A stretch of 32,000 nt of DNA from Nitrospirota bacterium (GCA_020052615.1 JAGVOT010000123.1:174-32173), one strand, 5' to 3'; positions 15,974-23,499 are shown, counted from the stretch's first letter. The notes: generated by a model from the letters alone, not told the origin. Numbers and translations are program-made.

Positions 15974-17685
15974 AAACGAACTTCGTGATGCGATGGCGCC
16001 GTTCCCTGCGGGCCGGTGCCGCGGTACTGGTCATGCTGCTCCTGTCCCAATCCGCTCCAGGGGCATCGGACAACGACCCGCTCCTTGCGGGGATGGCACC
16101 GGCTGAGATCATGCGGCTTGGCGAGAACATGTACCGGAACGGGACCCTGCCTTCCGGCGAGCCGGTCCAGGCGGTTGTCCAGGGAGACATTCCCGTGGCC
16201 GGTACGATGTTCACCTGCGCGAATTGTCACATGCGGAGCGGCGTGGGCTCCATCGAGGGCACGATCATCACGCCGCCGACGAACGGCGCGGAGCTGTACC
16301 GGCCGAAGAAGCCCGGCGCGCGGCACAGCGAGGCCCAGGAGCAGCGGCGGCCCGCCCCATTCATCACGCCTCATGACCGCCCGGCCTATACCGACGCATC
16401 CCTGGGACACGTGCTCGCCTCCGGCATCGATCCAGCGGGCAGCGTTCTTGACCCGATCATGCCGCGGTACCTGCTCGAACCGCGCGACCTTGCCATCCTG
16501 GTCCACTACCTGAAGAACCTGTCCGCGGACCTCTCGCCGGGGGTAAGCGAGGAGACGCTCGACTTCGCGACGATCGTGGCAGGGGACGTCGACCCTGCCG
16601 ACCGCGACGCCATGCTGATGCCGCTCAAGCTGTTCATTGCCAATCGCAATGCCCGGGTGCCGCTCTTCCAGGGGAGGAAAAGGACCGGGATCTTTGCGGA
16701 GGAAATGGACCTGTCCTACCGGAAGCTTTCCCTGTCGGTCTGGGAGCTCACGGGAACGCCCGATACCTGGCGGTCGCAGCTCGAAGCGTACTACCGGAAG
16801 AAGCCGGTGTTCGCTGTGCTCGGGGGGATTGCAAAGGGGGATTGGCTGCCCATTCATGCATTCTGCAATCAGAACGGCATACCCTGCATCATGCCGTCGA
16901 CCGACAAGCCGGTTCTTTCCGAAGATAACTGGTACGTGCTGTATCTGTCGCGGGGTCCGGCCCAGGAGGGTGAATCAGCAGCGCGCTTTCTCCATATGCG
17001 AAAGGACCTTGCGGGAGATGCGGGCCGGATCGTGCAGGTCTACCGGGACCGGGGGAAGGGCCCGGTCATTGCCCGGGCGTTCCGGGAGACCCTGTTGGAG
17101 ATGGGCCTGCTGCCGCCGCGCGAGGTCGTCGTGAAGGCCGGCGCCCCCCTCGATGCCGGTCTGCTGAAAGGCATGGGACCGGGTGTTGTAGCGGCTCTTT
17201 GGCTGGATGCCGACGATCTCGCCCGTATGCGGTTCGCCGATAAACGGTCGGGCCCGGCGACGATCCTGGCGTCCGGCGGGATGCTCGGCGAACGGCTGAA
17301 CGCGGTGCCCGATCAGGTTCGCCGGTCAACGTACATCACCTATCCCTACCGCCTGCCGAAGGACCGCAAGGCGACTCATCAGGTCGTGACCACATGGCTG
17401 AAGCAGAACCGTATTCCGGCATCGAACCTCAGGATCTCCGCGGACGTCTACGCAATGGGAAGCATGCTGACCGACGTGTTCATGCATATGAAGCGCAATT
17501 ACTACCGCGATCACTTTCTCGATGTCTTCGATATGCAAAGGGACCAGACCTACACGGTCCTGAACTATCCGCGCCTCAGCTTCGGCCCCGGGCAGCGCTA
17601 TGCGTCGAAAGGATGCTACCTGGTCCAGCTGACGGAAGGACCTGCCCCCGAACTTGTTCCGATGACCGACTGGGTCGCCCATTGA
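15970..17685 (+). CDS. Secreted mono-heme c-type cytochrome domain fused to a type-I periplasmic-binding-protein-like domain
   Basis: The ATG at 15970 overlaps the Sco TGA (ATGA). Signal peptide ...SQSAPGASD. A single CANCH heme-binding motif has a candidate distal Met in DPIMPRYLL and the class-I-like ending LAILVHYLKNL. The remaining ~400 aa (FATIVAGD..., VFAVLGGIAKGDW..., NGIPCIMPSTD, VQVYRDRGKG..., AALWLDADD) read like a LivK/amide-binding-type PBP. The domain call is by eye only. Confidence 0.65.
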   Translation: MKTNFVMRWRRSLRAGAAVLVMLLLSQSAPGASDNDPLLAGMAPAEIMRLGENMYRNGTLPSGEPVQAVVQGDIPVAGTMFTCANCHMRSGVGSIEGTIITPPTNGAELYRPKKPGARHSEAQEQRRPAPFITPHDRPAYTDASLGHVLASGIDPAGSVLDPIMPRYLLEPRDLAILVHYLKNLSADLSPGVSEETLDFATIVAGDVDPADRDAMLMPLKLFIANRNARVPLFQGRKRTGIFAEEMDLSYRKLSLSVWELTGTPDTWRSQLEAYYRKKPVFAVLGGIAKGDWLPIHAFCNQNGIPCIMPSTDKPVLSEDNWYVLYLSRGPAQEGESAARFLHMRKDLAGDAGRIVQVYRDRGKGPVIARAFRETLLEMGLLPPREVVVKAGAPLDAGLLKGMGPGVVAALWLDADDLARMRFADKRSGPATILASGGMLGERLNAVPDQVRRSTYITYPYRLPKDRKATHQVVTTWLKQNRIPASNLRISADVYAMGSMLTDVFMHMKRNYYRDHFLDVFDMQRDQTYTVLNYPRLSFGPGQRYASKGCYLVQLTEGPAPELVPMTDWVAH

Positions 17686-17715
17686 GCGCAACGACGGAGC
17701 GGAGAGCATGAGGGG

Positions 17716-19263
17716 ATGAGCATATTTCTGAACCGCTGCCGTCCGATCGGGCTATTCGGTCTTTTCCTGGTCGTGTTCCTGCTGTCCGCCGCCTTTCCTG
17801 CCCGGTCATCCACGTACGTCGGCCTCGATGATGAAGCACCGGTGTATACCATTCTGTCTCGGCTGGAGGCGGAGGGGATCGTCAACTCCGGTCTGCTTGC
17901 CACCAGGCCGATCAGCAGAAATGCCGCGCTGCGGCTCCTTCTGGAGGCGGAACAGAAAGCCGACGGGCGAAGCGAGTTCATCAAGGGTCTGATCGTTGAA
18001 TTGCGGCGCCGTTTACGACCGGAGCAGCCGGGGGCGGACGGACCGAAGATCCGGGGTTCTGTTTATGCGCGGTATGTGCACACGGACGCCGCGGTGCGGA
18101 CCCTTTCCTATCCCGGAGCCGACCGTGAACTGATGCAGGCGCTGAATGAGAACAATGAAGGCGATCTCTACGAGCCCGGGTCCAACTATCGGTTCGGTCT
18201 TACCGCCCATATCGACGATGCCGGACCATTTTCACTTTTTCTCAATCCCGAACTGAGAGCGGACGACGAGCATGAGCAGGGTGTTCTGAGGACCGGCTAC
18301 GGGGTCATCGGATTCTCCTGGATCGATATTGTCATAGGCAAGGATGCCCAGTGGTGGGGGCCCGGCCATCACGGCGCCCTGTTGCTGTCCAGTAACGCGG
18401 AACCGCTGACGATGATCAAGTTCACGGGGCCGGTGCCGCAGACCCTTCCGTGGATCCTGAAGTATCTCGGACCGTTCCAGTACAATGTGTTCTTTTCACA
18501 GCTCGAGAAGGACCGGAGCGATTATTCCAGGCCCTATTTCTGGGGAATGCGACTCGATTTCAAGCCGCATCGGTACATCGAGATCGGCCTGGAGAGGACG
18601 GCGATCCTGGGTGGACAGGGAAGGCCGACCGACGCCGGGACCTGGCTTGACAGCGCGCTCGGGAGCAGCGAACACGACGCTTCCGGCAATCCCGGCGATC
18701 AGCGCGCAGGCGCTGACGTGAAGATAACGCTTCCATTCCCATGGCAGCCGATGCAGATATACTGGGATCGGGCAGGAGAGGAAAACAGGCAGGAAAATTG
18801 GCGTCTCCCCTATAAATACGCAGATATCTACGGTCTCTATCTTCCCTCGTTGATGGGATTCGAGCGTATCGACCTCAGGGCGGAATATTCAGAAAACAAA
18901 TTGAACAAACAGGCCTACGTATGGTATACCCACGGAACGTACACTGCGGGATATACGTACCAGGGTATGATCATGGGCCATCACATGGGCACGGAATCGC
19001 GTGATCTCTTTCTGGAATTGGCCTGTCTGGTTCCGGAAAAAAACGCCAGGATCTCATTGTCCTATGATCAGGAAACGCATGACCTGGCTGGTCCGGTGAG
19101 CGAGACGGTGAGTGAATGGTCGCTCAGCGGAAGATCACTGGTATCGCAGCAGATCGAGGTCTCGGCTTCGCTCGGGTACGGAAGCATCGAGAATCCCGAA
19201 AACGAGGCCGGTCCGCCCGCAAGGGTTTATGAATTTGACATGGTCGTTCGGTATGTGTTCTAG
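17716..19263 (+). CDS. wzi: Capsule-assembly Wzi-like outer-membrane protein
   Basis: Signal peptide ...SAAFPARSS. The N-terminal helical motif is YVGLDDEAPVYTILSRLEAEGIVNSGLLATRPISRNAALRLL, which I recall from Wzi-family proteins. About 480 aa of alternating beta-strand-like sequence follow, ending ...MVVRYVF with an aromatic C-terminus typical of OM barrels. Confidence 0.6.
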   Translation: MSIFLNRCRPIGLFGLFLVVFLLSAAFPARSSTYVGLDDEAPVYTILSRLEAEGIVNSGLLATRPISRNAALRLLLEAEQKADGRSEFIKGLIVELRRRLRPEQPGADGPKIRGSVYARYVHTDAAVRTLSYPGADRELMQALNENNEGDLYEPGSNYRFGLTAHIDDAGPFSLFLNPELRADDEHEQGVLRTGYGVIGFSWIDIVIGKDAQWWGPGHHGALLLSSNAEPLTMIKFTGPVPQTLPWILKYLGPFQYNVFFSQLEKDRSDYSRPYFWGMRLDFKPHRYIEIGLERTAILGGQGRPTDAGTWLDSALGSSEHDASGNPGDQRAGADVKITLPFPWQPMQIYWDRAGEENRQENWRLPYKYADIYGLYLPSLMGFERIDLRAEYSENKLNKQAYVWYTHGTYTAGYTYQGMIMGHHMGTESRDLFLELACLVPEKNARISLSYDQETHDLAGPVSETVSEWSLSGRSLVSQQIEVSASLGYGSIENPENEAGPPARVYEFDMVVRYVF

Positions 19264-19542
19264 TGCAGATGAATGCAAAAAAAGAGGCTTTCGGTTTGCC
19301 TGGCTGATTGGTTTTACGTAATATTCAAAATAGGCCATTCATTTTGAGCTTTGCAAGGAGGGTGTGATTGCTCAACATGTTGAAAATATAGAATAAATGT
19401 ATCAATAACATTGGTATTCATTTTGCTTAATAAAACGCGGGAACAGACCTTTTCTGATATCTTTAAAGCTTGCTGCAATAATTCATTCATGACATGACGT
19501 CCTGTCTTCCATCCGATCGGCGGTTGCTTGAAGGAGTTCACG
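19264..19542. promoter_or_regulatory. AT-rich intergenic region upstream of wecA (probable promoter/regulatory region)
   Basis: This is the only long non-coding gap in block A. A spot count of line 19381-19440 gives 15/60 G+C (25%), against 60-70% in the flanking genes. It contains the imperfect inverted repeat GAATAAATG-N9-CATTggTATTC (19391-19419). AAGGAG (19531-19536) precedes the wecA ATG. Confidence 0.4.
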
Positions 19543-20619
19543 ATGCATTTGATCACGGCCTTCCTCATAGGATTTTTTCTCACAACAGTAATTACTCCGA
19601 AGGTCATCAGGTTCGCTATAACCTGTAATTGCCTGGATATCCCCGGCGGAAGACGGACCCACAAAAAGGTCACGCCCCGCTGGGGCGGTTTTGCCTTCTT
19701 TATCGGCGTATTGCCGGTCCTCTTCGCGGTAGGTTCCGGCAGGATGCTGATCTCCTACGTTGCGGCATCAGCTGTCATGATCGGCATCGGAATGCTTGAC
19801 GATCGAAAGCAACTGCCCTACACGGTCAAGTTCGGCGGCATGCTCGCGGCAGTTGCGATCGTCATCTTCGGCGGCAACGTGGTGGTCCATACCATAGGCG
19901 ATTACGGGCCCTGGGGGACGGGCGACCTTGGCCGCCTCAGTATTCCCTTTACGTTCTTCGGGATCGTCGGGGTAACGAATGCAATAAACCTGCTGGACGG
20001 TCTCAACGGCCTTGCAGGAGGTGTGTCCCTTCTTGGATTTTTATTCATGGGGATCGCCGCCGCCCATGGCGGGAACATGCCGCTTGCGATCGTTTGCTTT
20101 GCTTTCGTAGGCGCGCTCGCTGCGTTCCTCCGGTTCAACTTCCCTCATGCCAGGGTCTTCATGGGAGACACGGGGAGCCTGTTCCTGGGATTTTCTCTTT
20201 CTGTCGTCGCCGTAGTTCTTACCCAGAACAGGCACCATCCGGTGGATCCGATGCTGCCCGTACTCGTGCTTTTCATCCCCATTTTTGACGCGCTTCGCGT
20301 CATGTTCGTCAGGATGTTGAACCGGAGGAATCCGTTTCATGCGGATAAAAGCCATCTGCATTATTTACTCGTTCGACGAAGGGTCCCTTTCCCGATTACC
20401 GTTGCCTTTCTCTGGGCTTTGACCGCGGTGTTCGGCATTGCAGCGCTCATCATGATCGATGAACCGTCATTTTCTTTTCTCGAGATCGCGGTGTACGGTG
20501 CCGTCATTATGGGTTTGCTGACGGAAGCGCTCGTTTGGAGGCAGAAGAAGTACGCCCCGTTCGACGGCGGGGTGACGAGGCGACGGCTTCTCAGCCCGCG
20601 AGGCACCTTCCTGCTGTAA
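19543..20619 (+). CDS. wecA: Undecaprenyl-phosphate sugar-1-phosphate transferase, MraY/WecA family (initiating glycosyltransferase)
   Basis: NAINLLDGLNGLAGG and FMGDTGSLFLGF motifs in a polytopic membrane protein. I prefer the ATG at 19543, which has a good SD, over the TTG at 19528. Confidence 0.85.
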   Translation: MHLITAFLIGFFLTTVITPKVIRFAITCNCLDIPGGRRTHKKVTPRWGGFAFFIGVLPVLFAVGSGRMLISYVAASAVMIGIGMLDDRKQLPYTVKFGGMLAAVAIVIFGGNVVVHTIGDYGPWGTGDLGRLSIPFTFFGIVGVTNAINLLDGLNGLAGGVSLLGFLFMGIAAAHGGNMPLAIVCFAFVGALAAFLRFNFPHARVFMGDTGSLFLGFSLSVVAVVLTQNRHHPVDPMLPVLVLFIPIFDALRVMFVRMLNRRNPFHADKSHLHYLLVRRRVPFPITVAFLWALTAVFGIAALIMIDEPSFSFLEIAVYGAVIMGLLTEALVWRQKKYAPFDGGVTRRRLLSPRGTFLL

Positions 20620-20713
20620 TTTCACTGATAGTCCCTGAAGAGCGAGACCACGGGATGGGCACCATGACGCGCTGGTCGTCATTCCGCGCGCAGTGGCTGC
20701 CCAACGAGAATTA

Positions 20714-21664
20714 ATGATGAACGATGAACTGTTCCAGAACACGCGGTTTCTCCACAGCCTTTTTGATTCTATCCCGTCCATGCTTTTCATCATGGACGAT
20801 GATGTGCGGGTGATGCATCTGAACGCCGCGGCGCGGAAATTCAACGGCTTCGACAGCCTCCATAAACTTCTGGACAGCGGCGGTCAGGCCCTGAACTGCA
20901 TCAATGTGGCTCACGATACCAATGCCTGCGGAAAGACCGAGAACTGCAGGAAGTGCCTTGTTCGGCGGTCGGTGGGCCAGGCGGCGCGAGGGCGAACGAT
21001 ATTTCGCGAGGCCACCAAGATGGAGCTCGTGGATAAACGAGGTCACCGCGATGTGCATTTCATGGTAACGGCGTCGCCGTTCATGCACGAAGAGCGGTCG
21101 CTCATCCTTCTGATCCTGGAGGACATTTCCGAGCTCAAACGGACCGAGGCAAAATTGCAGAACATGAACGAACTGCTCGAGCGGCAGGCCACCACGGACA
21201 CCCTGACGGGGATCTACAACCGGCTGCGCTTCAATGAGCTTCTTCTGCAGGACGTCGATGAGGCGAAGCGATATCGCTTTCCGATCTCCCTGATCATGTT
21301 CGATATCGACCATTTCAAGAAGGTAAATGACAGCTATGGTCATCTGGTCGGGGACCGCGTCCTGAAGGAGATCGTGGCGGTCGTCAGCGCGAACATCCGG
21401 ACGGTGGACGTCTTTGCGCGATGGGGAGGGGAGGAGTTCATGGTCCTCTCCAAACATCTGGACCATGAGCAGATGCGGACGGTGGCGGAAAAGCTGCGGC
21501 ATGCCGTGGAATCGGCGAGGCTCGATGGATGCCACCCCGTTACCTGCAGCTTTGGCGTCACCCAGCTTGCGGACCATGACACGATCGAGAACTTTACGGC
21601 GAGGGCCGATGCCGCGCTCTATCGCGCCAAGAACGAAGGAAGGAACCGGGTCTGCGTCGCCTGA
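20714..21664 (+). CDS. Diguanylate cyclase (GGDEF) with an N-terminal PAS-like sensor domain carrying a four-Cys cluster
   Basis: The catalytic domain shows LTGIYNRLRF, MFDIDHFKKVNDSYGH, an active-site GGEEF (21425-21439), an RTVD (RxxD I-site) five residues upstream, and YRAKNEGRNRV. The N-terminal region LHSLFDSIPSMLFIMDDDVRVMHLNAAA...ILEDISELK is PAS-like, with a C-x9-C-x5-C-x2-C cluster at nt 20897-20956. Confidence 0.85.
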   Translation: MMNDELFQNTRFLHSLFDSIPSMLFIMDDDVRVMHLNAAARKFNGFDSLHKLLDSGGQALNCINVAHDTNACGKTENCRKCLVRRSVGQAARGRTIFREATKMELVDKRGHRDVHFMVTASPFMHEERSLILLILEDISELKRTEAKLQNMNELLERQATTDTLTGIYNRLRFNELLLQDVDEAKRYRFPISLIMFDIDHFKKVNDSYGHLVGDRVLKEIVAVVSANIRTVDVFARWGGEEFMVLSKHLDHEQMRTVAEKLRHAVESARLDGCHPVTCSFGVTQLADHDTIENFTARADAALYRAKNEGRNRVCVA

Positions 21665-21761
21665 AGCAGCCGGTGGAGCCTCTCCAGCATCCCGGCCTGT
21701 CGGGACTGGATAAAGCGACATCCCGCAGCAAACCATCCTCAGGCAGACTGCGGCCGCGGGG

Positions 21762-22583
21762 TTAGGCCCGTCTGATCCTGTTCGGCCACGTATAGATGTT
21801 CATCCGGTCGCCGCGGGCGAATCCGACGAGCGTAATGCCCATGTCCTCGGCGTAGTTGATGGCCATGCAAGAGGCGGCGGCGCGGCTGATGAGGATGGGG
21901 AAGCGGTTCCTGCCGGCCTTGGTCACGATCTCCGAGGTCACCCTGCCGCTGGTGAACAGGATCTTGTTCTCAATCGATATCCCCTTCAAGAAGGCCTTTC
22001 CGATCAGCTTGTCCACCGCGTTGTGCCTGCCGATGTCTTCCGAGAAGAACAGAATGTCCTTGCCGTCCGACAGGGCCGCGCTGTGGACGCCGCCGGTCTC
22101 CAGGTACAGGGTCGAGATGTTCCTGAACCGGGCGAGCTGTTCCCTGATCGAATCCACGGTCATCACGGGGCCCTTCGTGTCGATCTTCCGGTCCATTTCC
22201 CGGTCGTAGTTCGTGAAGGTGATCCCTTTGCCGCATCCCGAGGAAATGGTGCGCTTTTCGAACTGCTTTTCCCATCCCTTCGGGAGGCCCGCGATCTCGA
22301 TATTGATGGATGGACCCGCGCCGGAGACCGAAAGCTTCTTGAGCGACGAACGATCGTGCAGCAGCCCTTCAGTGAGGAGAAAACCCACGGCGAGCTCTTC
22401 GAGCTCCGAAGGCGTGCAGAGCAGCGTGACAAGCGGTTCGTCGTTCAGGACCAGCCTGACGGGCAGCTCGGCGGCGACCTCATCGACAGCGCCGTCGATG
22501 CTGTCGCCGCTGACCTTCAGTATGAGCGCATCGATCTTCGGTTTCACGGCTGGAATATACCATAAAGGACTTTCCGGGGGCAA
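21762..22583 (-). CDS. fdhD: Formate dehydrogenase accessory sulfurtransferase FdhD
   Basis: Family motifs are ISSGCGKG, GGVHSAAL, IGRHNAVDKLIGKA and SGRVTSEIVTKAGRNRFPILISRAAAS...GITLVGFARG. No in-frame ATG lies near the 5' end. The candidate starts are TTG at 22583 and GTG at 22547, and neither has a clear SD. Confidence 0.8.
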   Translation of the reverse strand: MPPESPLWYIPAVKPKIDALILKVSGDSIDGAVDEVAAELPVRLVLNDEPLVTLLCTPSELEELAVGFLLTEGLLHDRSSLKKLSVSGAGPSINIEIAGLPKGWEKQFEKRTISSGCGKGITFTNYDREMDRKIDTKGPVMTVDSIREQLARFRNISTLYLETGGVHSAALSDGKDILFFSEDIGRHNAVDKLIGKAFLKGISIENKILFTSGRVTSEIVTKAGRNRFPILISRAAASCMAINYAEDMGITLVGFARGDRMNIYTWPNRIRRA

Positions 22584-22601
22584 GGAAGAAGGGGAGGGAA
22601 C

Positions 22602-22633
22602 AAAAAGGCCCCCGGCGCATCGCGCAGGGGGCC
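22602..22633 (-). terminator. Rho-independent terminator of the minus-strand OM-barrel gene
   Basis: GGCCCCC (22607-22613) pairs with GGGGGCC (22627-22633), with an inner 4-bp GCGC/GCGC extension. On the minus strand the hairpin is followed by TTTTT (complement of 22602-22606). It lies 23 nt after the stop at 22656-22658. Confidence 0.7.
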
Positions 22634-22655
22634 GTGAGCAGACAGTTACGGTGTC

Positions 22656-23402
22656 TTAAAAATGGATGTTCAACCTTGCCGAATAGGAGTTCACTTCGGC
22701 AAAATCGGCCTCAATGACGAGGTTCATGAGCGGAAAGAACGTGATCTTCGTGCCGACGAACCATTTCGGTTCGGAGAGGCTCTCGTCCTGCAGGGTCACG
22801 AGCGCGCTCTTTTCCTTGCTCTCGATCCAGACCATGCCGTAGCCGGCGTAGGGGGTGAAAATCGCGAAACCCTTGCTGATGGAGAGGTCAGCGGATTTGG
22901 TATTGATGTCGACGTCCGTGACACCGGAGAGCTTCGTATAGGCGCCCCGGATGGCGATCGCCGGCGTGGCGACGCTGCCCGAAAGGATGGCCCACTTGAC
23001 CTCGCCGCCCATGTACTTGATGTCCGTGCCCGGCACGCTCCCATAGACATATCCCAGATCGATCGGGATCACGGGAAGACCGACCTGGATATGGAACTTG
23101 GGAAAGGGCAGCGTGCTGGGGATGCTGTCGTTGCCGGGAACCGCCTCGATCTTCTTCCAATAGGATGCATTGTTGTCGACCTGGACACCGGTCACCTCGA
23201 CGCCCGCATCCACATGGGGAAGGACGCCGCCGAGGGGTTCGGCCGGCGCCAAGGGGACGTAGCTGATCGCCAGGCCCAGGTCCCTGCTGATCCCCTTGAA
23301 ATCCTCCTGGGTAAAGGTCGGTGGAAGGGTGATCTCGGTCTTTGCCAGGGCGGGAACAGCCATGATCAGCACCAACAGGACTGCGATAACAATTTTCTTC
23401 AT
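22656..23402 (-). CDS. Putative outer-membrane beta-barrel protein, function unknown
   Basis: ATG at 23402-23400 is preceded by GAAGGAGG on the minus strand. Signal peptide MKKIVIAVLLVLIMAVPALA. The sequence has an alternating amphipathic strand pattern and ends ...ARLNIHF, with a C-terminal Phe. Confidence 0.6.
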   Translation of the reverse strand: MKKIVIAVLLVLIMAVPALAKTEITLPPTFTQEDFKGISRDLGLAISYVPLAPAEPLGGVLPHVDAGVEVTGVQVDNNASYWKKIEAVPGNDSIPSTLPFPKFHIQVGLPVIPIDLGYVYGSVPGTDIKYMGGEVKWAILSGSVATPAIAIRGAYTKLSGVTDVDINTKSADLSISKGFAIFTPYAGYGMVWIESKEKSALVTLQDESLSEPKWFVGTKITFFPLMNLVIEADFAEVNSYSARLNIHF

Positions 23403-23470
23403 GGGAACCTCCTTCAATAGGTGCTCGAATCCGGTATTTTTCACATCGGCCTGTGTGCAGCCGATGCGTA

Positions 23471-23499
23471 AAATTAACAGAGGAGCTGTTGGTTGTCAA
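23471..23499 (-). promoter_or_regulatory. Sigma70-like promoter for the minus-strand OM-barrel gene
   Basis: On the minus strand this reads TTGACA (23499-23494), a 17-nt spacer, then TAATTT (23476-23471). The predicted transcript would begin near 23464. That is at a 7-bp inverted repeat CATCGGC/GCCGATG (23444-23466), which could form a 5'-terminal stem-loop. Confidence 0.45.

Noticed and set aside
19314-19673. 119-aa minus-strand ORF spanning the AT-rich spacer and the 5' end of wecA.
   Set aside because: Its 5' half is antisense to wecA, whose motifs are unambiguous. Only the 58-aa 3' portion (19314-19490) lies in intergenic DNA. That portion has a weak SD and no recognisable family. I kept it only as a low-confidence remark in a finding.
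21665-21761. Possible bidirectional terminator between the convergent GGDEF and fdhD genes.
   Set aside because: Only 4-bp stems (CCCG/CGGG) and a GCGGCCGC palindrome are present, with no U-tracts on either strand. This is not enough to call a terminator.
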